DNA from: the human T2T-CHM13v2.0 reference genome, Homo sapiens
DNA length: 64,000 bases
Assembly: GCF_009914755.1 (NCBI RefSeq)
Contig: NC_060927.1
Reading direction: 5' to 3' (one strand)
The notes below the pieces were generated by a model that saw only the letters and a list, made by a program, of their open reading frames with translations, made no database searches and was not told the DNA's origin. Both the position numbers and the translations under genes were made by a program. Below are positions 56,668 through 64,000 of this stretch, piece after piece (the stretch's first letter is position 1; every line of letters starts with the position of its first letter).

Positions 56668-57439
56668 TGTCTATCCGTGCACTGAAGAGTGTTATGACAT
56701 AAAACACATACCTCCAATATGTAAACATCTCAGGTTCAGTGATCCAAAAAATGTGAAAAATAGGTACTTGGGTCCAGTTCTCTTAAAAGTAAATGCTTAT
56801 GTTTGGATTGTTGTAGATACCACGTTTATCAGATTTGTACCATTGGTGCTGGTAAGTGGGTATGAATGAGACTAATTGGGATAGAGGAAGTTTCAAGGTA
56901 AAATACTGTTGAAAACTTGTCTGTTTCTATTAGTTTATCTTTAGCATTAACCTATGTTTACCAAATAATACAAATTAAAGTCCCGCCTGGGCTTTTTCAT
57001 TTCCTATTTTCTTTTTCTTGAACTCTCCATCACTCTTATTATTAACTTAAACTCTAGTGCATCTGCTTCTGTATAAAATGTTTTCTACTTTACTAATGAT
57101 AGTAAATATCTCTGAGAAGTTGCAGGGAAGTGCTGAATTGAGAGTATTATCGGGTCTCCTCTTTTCAAATACGCCTGGAAATGAATTTGAGCAAATGTCT
57201 AAGATGAAACTTCATCTGTAGTTACCAAACATGATTGCTAAAATTTTTACATTGTCAAGCAAAGTGTGGCTCCATTTGAAGAGAAAGTATGAATATGACT
57301 ATGAATATGTATTTGTGTACCCATATACCTGCTAGTGATTATTTCTGGAGAATGTGACTTAGAGGGAAATAAATAGGGTGGAAACTTTTTCACTTTTTAC
57401 TTTAAGACAAAAACAACATCTATTACCTTTGCAATTGAA

Positions 57440-57670
57440 CCAATTATCCATACAGACAGATGCAGATTTGTGGTTACCATGGGCTGGAAATAGGACAGAA
57501 TGTGGAGTAGTAAGAGCTTAGTGAGTGTAGGGTTTTGTTTTGGGGTAATGAAAATTCTTTAGGACTATAGAGGGGTAGTGGTTGCACAACCTTATGCGTG
57601 TACTCAATATCCCTGAATTTGTTCTCTTTAAAATGGTTATGTCATGTGACTTTCACCTCAATTTTTTTAA
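57440..57670 (+). mobile_element. Old L1M 3' fragment (sense)
   Basis: atccatacagacagatgcagatttgtggttacc...ggtaatgaaaa...ggttgcacaacc. Confidence 0.65.
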
Positions 57671-59544
57671 GAAGGCTTTTTCATTCAGTTTGTATCATTT
57701 CTTATATTAAACCTAAATTCTGTGGCAGTGTTACAGCATTCAGTGTTTATTTGTACTTAGAAGAAAGAAATCCAGCTTCAGAAGTGATTGTCGTGTTTCA
57801 ACATAAGTGGACTTAGCTATAATAAAAACATAAATGACATAAGGTTTTCTCAGGCCTAGTCAGTTTCTAGTTGTGCCTTTGTGTGTTCAGTGTTTGTCTA
57901 GGATTTGACTTCTCAGCTCTGGATATCTGAAAGGCCTGTTGATCATAGAATCTTAGTTTATAATTGTTGGGAGGGATCTACAAATCTTGTCCAACCCACA
58001 TTCTATAGTGAGGAAACTGAAGCTTTTGCTGTTAAGTAGTTGTAAGATTACATAGTGATCTTGTTCTCAGTTTTTAATTTTCTTTATACTTTAGTATGCA
58101 TGGTTCTTTTTTTTTCTCTCTCTTTCCTGCCTCTGTGACTCTCCTTTATCAGGGCTTCAACAGGCTGATTTGTTTAAAAAAATAATTTGTAGACATTTCG
58201 GGTCATGTGACGGGGAAATTTTTGTTTAACTTTGATTACATTTGGGTTTGGGTACGTCATAGAGGGTAATTCCATTCCAACATTAATGTGTTTGGAAAGA
58301 ACGTTATCTGATGGATTATGTCTGTTGTCTTCTAGACATCTGGTCCTCCATTAGCTTGAGGTCAATGGAAACTTTACTTACTTTGGTCCTTCCTATTAAA
58401 TTTATGAGCTTCTTACTGTCTTCCTAACACTGTGGTCATCTCTTATCATATAGATTGTGAGGCAACTTAATATTTGAACCAGTAGCCCCTAACTTCCTTC
58501 TCTAGATGGATTTCTTTTAAAAGCAAATGAATATTCTTTCTCATCTAAGTTGGGTGAGGAGGAAAGTGTGTAGTACACTATGCTACACAGTATATAGGAT
58601 ACACAAATACGTGTATTCCTAAATATACCCCCCAATCTTTGTTTTTGATAGAGTAGTTTATTTGCCAAAAACTATTAAATGATGTGTAATCTGTATAAAT
58701 GGGGTAGTTTTTACGTTAACTTATTTCAGATGGACTTTATTTCTAATGAATTTTTAGTTTCAGTGACTTCAAATACTTTCTCTCTAATCAATTGCGTAAC
58801 AGTGGTCTGTGAATATAAAGCAGGTATTTGACACAAATTGTAAATCCCTCCCCAGTTTCCTTGTCCATTTAGATTGACAAACTTAATTTAGATTGATGAG
58901 AATACTATAACATACTTAGTGTGAAAAGAAGTGAGTTTCTTTTATTAGATGCTAAATTCAGTAGCTGGTCTGTATAATGGCTTGACTTCTGTGTACTTAG
59001 TTCTTTAATTACAGAAAACTTGGTGGACATATGAATTTATTTAACTCATAGTACTATACAAAGGTATTATGGGATAATAAAAAGGTATGAACTACTTCAG
59101 AGCTTTTGAGACAGTAGCAGGTATTCACACATGCTGGCAGTGGTGATGAGTATTAAGTCATGTGTATTTTGGATTAATGCCAATAGGACTGATATTTACT
59201 TAATTTTATGTATGTATTACTTAGCTTCTTGAGTCGTATGAATGATTGCTAATGGTAGATCAAAACAAACTTGATTCCATTTCTGGGAAAGGAATGCAAC
59301 ACAAGTCTCACAAACTGTTGTAATGATCTGCAAAATATAGTACTTAGTATTTTTGAAAAATGGATAGAATATTCAGAATCTGTAACATATGGTTAACAAA
59401 TGGACATCTAATAAAAGTCATTTCAAGATTCTGTTCTTAAATTCAGTTAATACTTTGCTAAAAACAGGATTTACATATACATTTATGTTTTAGGTACTTA
59501 ATGGTAGTAGTAAATTATCCTTGTTTCCTATTTTGTCTTTATAG

Positions 59545-59643
59545 CATATAGCACTTTCTACATTGTGGGTTTAATATTATCAATGCAGATACCTTTTGTG
59601 GGATTCCAGCCAATCAGAACAAGTGAACACATGGCAGCTGCAG
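59545..59643 (+). CDS. STT3B: STT3B coding exon (probable exon 6, 99 nt): (A)[32 protein letters not shown](G)
   Basis: Acceptor ttttgtctttatAG|CA; donor CAG|GTATGA; phase 1-1; conserved [14 protein letters not shown] motif. Confidence 0.96.
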
Positions 59644-60431
59644 GTATGAAAAATATATATTTTCCTTCTTCTAAAGAATATGTGGACGTGTGATTGGCAG
59701 TCTTCCAAGAGATGACAGTTTTTGATCATTTTGGTTGTTGCAATGACAACCAAAGTAATCTGACTCACAATTATGGGAAATCTGTAGATAAAAATTTTAT
59801 CAGAGATTCTCATTGCAAGGTTCATGACCCATTGGAAGTCTGTGGGTAGTTATTTTATTTGTAACATCTGTACACTGATACTATATAGATAGCAATATAT
59901 AACTTTCAGAGGTGGTGTTTCTATAGAGTTTATTATCAGATTCTCAGTGGAGTCTGACTTAATCTCCATCTTCCCAGAATAGTTAAGAATCACTATCTTA
60001 CTGTTATATAGCACTTTAAAATTTATGAAATGCTTTTACTTAGATTTCTGAATGGATGTTGTCACTTTACCAAGTAGTAATTTGAGACGCAGAGAGATGT
60101 ATATTTAGTGTTGTGTACACAATAATGAATAGAATGTCTATGTAATTACGCAGTCACCTGTCTTTACACGTATGCATTACAACATTTCCTAAACTCTAAA
60201 TCTTTGATAATACTTACTTAACCATTGTAAAATGGACTTTTAAAAACAACCCTTAAAATTGAATTTATTTTTAAAAATTAATATTCTAGATGCTTGAGGA
60301 TTCTTACATCCTCTTTGTTTAAAGTTTTATGTTTAATGTTTTTGTATCATGTTTTGTACTTTTTGAGAATCCGTTTTTGCGACTACTCCTTTAGTTTTGT
60401 ATATCTTAGCACTCACCTTTATATTTACTAA

Positions 60432-60879
60432 TGTAGGGGAGAAAAGATTGTTATCTCTAACAAAAGACAGATTAACAAGAGAAAAGCATAAATTTTACAT
60501 GACACAAGAGTCTTCAGAAGTGAAAATTTTAAAAAGGCAGGGAAACTGTATTTTTATGCTTAGGTTTGATGAAGAGTGGACAGTCATGTAGAAATAAGAT
60601 TGGACAAAGAGAAGTACGATCTAATGGCAACAGACTGGGAAGAACTTAAGGCCTATTTGTTCATATTCTTCTTGGTGTCTCTGTGTCTTCATCTTTTCCT
60701 CTGGGTGTTAGAAGGACCCCTCTGGAATGAGGATCTTATAACCTACTTACAGGAAGGTCAGAGAATTATTTTATGACCTGCCTCAGGGGAGAACAAACAG
60801 AAAAGATGAGAGAGACTTCCCAGTTTCTGCTGGTTTCTCAAATGCCAAGATGCCATAATTTGGCATGAGCCCTGATACA
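60432..60879 (-). mobile_element. MER34-family ERV1 solo LTR
   Basis: TG...CA ends; aaaagacagattaacaagagaaaagcata; ttctcaaatgccaagatgccataatttgg. Confidence 0.7.
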
Positions 60880-61368
60880 AATTTAGAATCTTGTCTAAAT
60901 GTGTAATTAAGGTCACATCTTATTACTCAGTTATAAATAGTAACTATATATCAAGATTATCCTGATCCTAAGTCTTTGTATCCTTCAGCAAAACAAATCG
61001 GAGAATTGTTTTTCAGTGATTTTGAAAAATTACTTCCCTCCACCCCAGAAAACCCCCCTAAAATATAGAGGAAAGGGAGGAACTTAATGTGTTAAATAGG
61101 CTTGTTATTCAAATGGGATTTTTTTTCCCCTTTGGTCTGGTACATGTGTAAGGAGTCTGATCATTTAGGAAAAAAAAAAAAAGTCACAGAATTTTTTGGA
61201 TGTATTAATTAGGCAACTGTCATTTGACAAAGGAAATGTTGGCTAGATGAAATAAGTAGTCTTTGATATGAATGGTGCAGGACATTCTAAGAAGCTCTTT
61301 CAAATGAAAGTTTTTAAATGACCTTGGAAAACTGCTTTGTTGATTATGTGACCCTTTTCTTTAATTAG

Positions 61369-61515
61369 GTGTCTTTGCATTGCTGCAAGCTTATGCTTTC
61401 TTGCAGTATCTGAGAGACCGATTAACAAAACAAGAGTTCCAGACCCTTTTCTTTTTGGGTGTATCACTAGCTGCAGGTGCTGTGTTCCTTAGTGTCATCT
61501 ATTTGACTTATACAG
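61369..61515 (+). CDS. STT3B: STT3B coding exon (probable exon 7, 147 nt): (G)VFALLQAYAFLQYLRDRLTKQEFQTLFFLGVSLAAGAVFLSVIYLTYT(G)
   Basis: Acceptor cccttttctttaattAG|GT; donor CAG|GTACGT; phase 1-1, open in frame. Confidence 0.95.
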
Positions 61516-62381
61516 GTACGTGTTATCACCTGTAGGGTGTGAATATTGTCTATACAAACAATATAAGAAAAATAGCCAAAGTTTCTAAAATCTGAATAAC
61601 AGCATGACTACAAAGTGATTTTTTTCTTTTTTTTTTTTTTTTTGAATAGTATATCTTAATTTTGTGGCATCAAGCTCTGATAAATCTACTTTTAAGCGTC
61701 CTTCTCTTGCTGGATGAATAGTCCCAAACTATAAAAAGAAAAAAAAAATCAGAGCTTCTGTTATTTACCTGTTATATGCTCACCTTCTCTTGCATGCACA
61801 CACACTCCCTCTTTCTCCCCTACTTTTCAGCAGTTTACTAACAGAATCAGTTTCAGTCTGCTTCTGGATTCTAAGTTACCCTCTAACCTTTATTTACCAG
61901 TCCTTAGAAACAAATTGAATTCTTTCTAAATTTATTCTGTCAAATTAATGTAAAAGCCGTGAGTGTTTAAAATCATCTTTGAATTTATCTGGTGGGATAT
62001 GGCATACTGGACTAGATCATTTAGAAACTCCCTTTCCCCTGCCCCCCGTTTATTTTATTTTTTTTAAATGATCTGGTCTTGTTTAATGCCTTAGCCTTAT
62101 TAGTCAACTAAAAGCTTAAGAGAATTGGAAAACTTTCTACAACTTTATCTCAAATGTGTTTCTCTGGAAGTGGGTTCTCCATGGATATTGTTTTTATTTG
62201 ATCACTACCTTATTTTTTCTGACTGCCAACTGTCTGAAATAGGTTGACACCTATAAATGAAAACTGAAATTCTTTGAACATTAGTTTGTCTATCTATAAT
62301 TAGCAATAAACATAAAGGCAATAAAAGATTTACAAAATAATAAAAAGGCAGATTAATTTCATCCATGTTTTTCCTTCCAAG

Positions 62382-62430
62382 GTTACATTGCACCATGGAG
62401 TGGCAGGTTTTATTCATTGTGGGATACTGG
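62382..62430 (+). CDS. STT3B: STT3B coding exon (probable exon 8, 49 nt): (G)YIAPWSGRFYSLWDT(G)
   Basis: Acceptor ttttccttccaAG|GT (AAG type); donor TGG|GTAAGT; conserved IAPW.GRFYSL motif. Confidence 0.95.
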
Positions 62431-63300
62431 GTAAGTACAGTTACATTATTTGGCATCATATTTATTGAAATACTGCTTTTCCTTTGTTTTTATCTGTTTT
62501 GTCAGTGTTTCACTCAGTTCTTGGGCAACACTTCTAAGTACCAAAGATGCTAGTTTAGTAAATGTTAAATTCCTTTTACTTTATCTTGTTATGATACCTG
62601 TTCTGAATGCATCTTTAGTATGAAATGTACGTTGTGTATTACTGTTCTGCATGGGCAACTCCTTGTTTCCGTTTTGTTTGTAAGAATATTTAGGTTACCT
62701 TTGCGCAATTTAAAGATTGATTTGTCTTTTACCTAACATATAACATTTTCATCTTTAGTAATAATTTTTTATTCTTAAGAATTCTTAAGGATACTGTTTA
62801 ATTGCCATAGATAGGAAGAAAATTTAATTTTTTCTAATACCATCTGATCTAAGTTTTTTTGTTTTTTTAAATCTGTGAAACACAAGAGAATATATATCTG
62901 TTGTGGTTTTTTTTTTTAAAGTGCTGTTATAAAATGAGTTAATACATTTGGTTTTGAATTAGACTAGTTCAATAAAACTTTTTTTCTCTAAAATGTTTTC
63001 CTGGAGATTAGAAAATATCTATTGATTATAATTTATGCCCCTCCTCTGTTCCTGCTGTTCTGTCTTGTTACTCCCCAGGTGGCTCAATAAAAAACAATTT
63101 ATTGAACAGACATGCTTTCTGATGTGATACCAGAAGGACTTGTGTCCAGGTCTAATTAAAGGACATAAGCAAATTATGCATGAATGACTGGAACTAACAA
63201 TTAGACACATACTTCAAGAGTTCAGCCTGTGGATCACTAACGAATTTGAAGGATAACCCAAGTTGTAGAATGTTATTCTGATTAGGTTAAATTACTAGGT

Positions 63301-63443
63301 TAACTTGTGCAGTTATATTATAAAGTAATAATATAACTGTAAAATAAATTATACAGTTATATATAACTGTAAAGTAAAATTGTAATATTATAATATAACT
63401 TGTGCAGTTATATTATAAAGTAGTCAATTAATTGACTACTTTA
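63301..63443. repeat. Cluster of palindromes and a 27-bp direct repeat
   Basis: Direct repeat 63301-63327 = 63396-63422; perfect palindromes 63352-63371 (20 bp) and 63416-63443 (28 bp). Confidence 0.92.
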
Positions 63444-63572
63444 GAATCTCAGGGTGTTTCAGTAATAATTTTTTCAGTCCTTTCCATTTCCTTCACCTGT
63501 CTCCATGCCAGCTTCATGTCAAGCAAGGCATTATTGTGTAAGGTGTAATTATTGGGTAAAGTATTTCTGCTA

Positions 63573-63769
63573 CAGGTTGAGTATTCAAAATCTGAAACGC
63601 TCTAAAATCATGAACTTGTTGAGCACCAACATGATGCTAAAAGGAAATGCTTATTGAAGCATTTCAGAATTTCAGATTAGAGATGCTGAACTGGTAAGTA
63701 TAATGCAAATATTCTAAAATCTGAAACACTGCTGGTTCTAAGCATTTCAGATAAAGGATATTCAGTCTG
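63573..63769 (+). mobile_element. Tigger4a-like TcMar MITE with TA TSD
   Basis: TA|caggttgagtat...gataaaggatattcagtctg|TA; homologous to the 56472 copy. Confidence 0.85.
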
Positions 63770-64000
63770 TAGTAATAATTCCAAAAGGTAATGAGACTCG
63801 TTGATGCAAACATGAAAAATGCTGACTTAAACTACAGAACAAATTGCCAGTTGAACAGAGATTTCTGTATTGGAATTCAGAGCCAACATTCTCATGTCTG
63901 GATCTAGATAATTCTCTGAATTTTACAGAGGGCATATTAGTTTTAGTTTTACCAGTGTAGACCAAACAGAAACTATCCAGTATAACTGGTTACCTTGGAA

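Noticed and set aside
59545-59551. Alternative acceptor AG 7 nt into exon 6 (atAG|catatAG|)
   Set aside because: It would frameshift. The upstream AG directly follows the pyrimidine tract and keeps the conserved frame, and nothing indicates use of the second AG.
62365-62553. ORF overlapping exon 8 (and 59580..59825 antisense to exon 6)
   Set aside because: These are in the wrong frame or strand relative to STT3B and run into introns; nothing supports dual coding.
63301-63422. Repeat-spacer-repeat pattern resembling CRISPR
   Set aside because: There are only two copies, the spacer is built from the repeat itself, the context is a primate intron, and there are no cas genes.

Overview
This window is primate genomic DNA, almost certainly human (AluY/S/J and THE1 repeats, CpG-depleted, AT-rich). 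It lies entirely inside the STT3B gene on the + strand; STT3B encodes the catalytic subunit of oligosaccharyltransferase complex B. Seven GT-AG coding exons splice into one open frame of 858 nt: 20820-20928, 24235-24522, 41233-41298, 44796-44895, 59545-59643, 61369-61515 and 62382-62430. From my recollection of the gene model these are exons 2-8. They encode the N-terminal multi-TM region, including the metal-binding DxE motif (SFDNE). The start and stop codons lie outside the window. The rest is intron, dense in repeats: a near-full-length antisense L1MA-type element, a nested L1 patchwork in intron 3, about 15 Alu/FLAM/FRAM copies, L2/MIR, MER31/MER21/MER34-type solo LTRs, MER58A, Tigger4a, a half Made1, and a complete sense-oriented THE1 (MaLR) provirus. 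Apart from the ORF that overlaps exon 3, the ORF-track entries are repeat remnants or chance ORFs. I found no convincing new biological system. The best leads are: (i) the THE1 5' LTR keeps a perfect DUX4 motif, TATA box and splice donor in sense to STT3B, so it is a candidate internal promoter; (ii) three AT-rich fold-back or templated-insertion scars at about 16.3, 19.75 and 63.3 kb; (iii) a close inverted Alu pair, candidate poison pseudo-exons, and six of seven exons starting with GT. Repeat subfamily calls were made by eye and boundaries are approximate unless a TSD is given.
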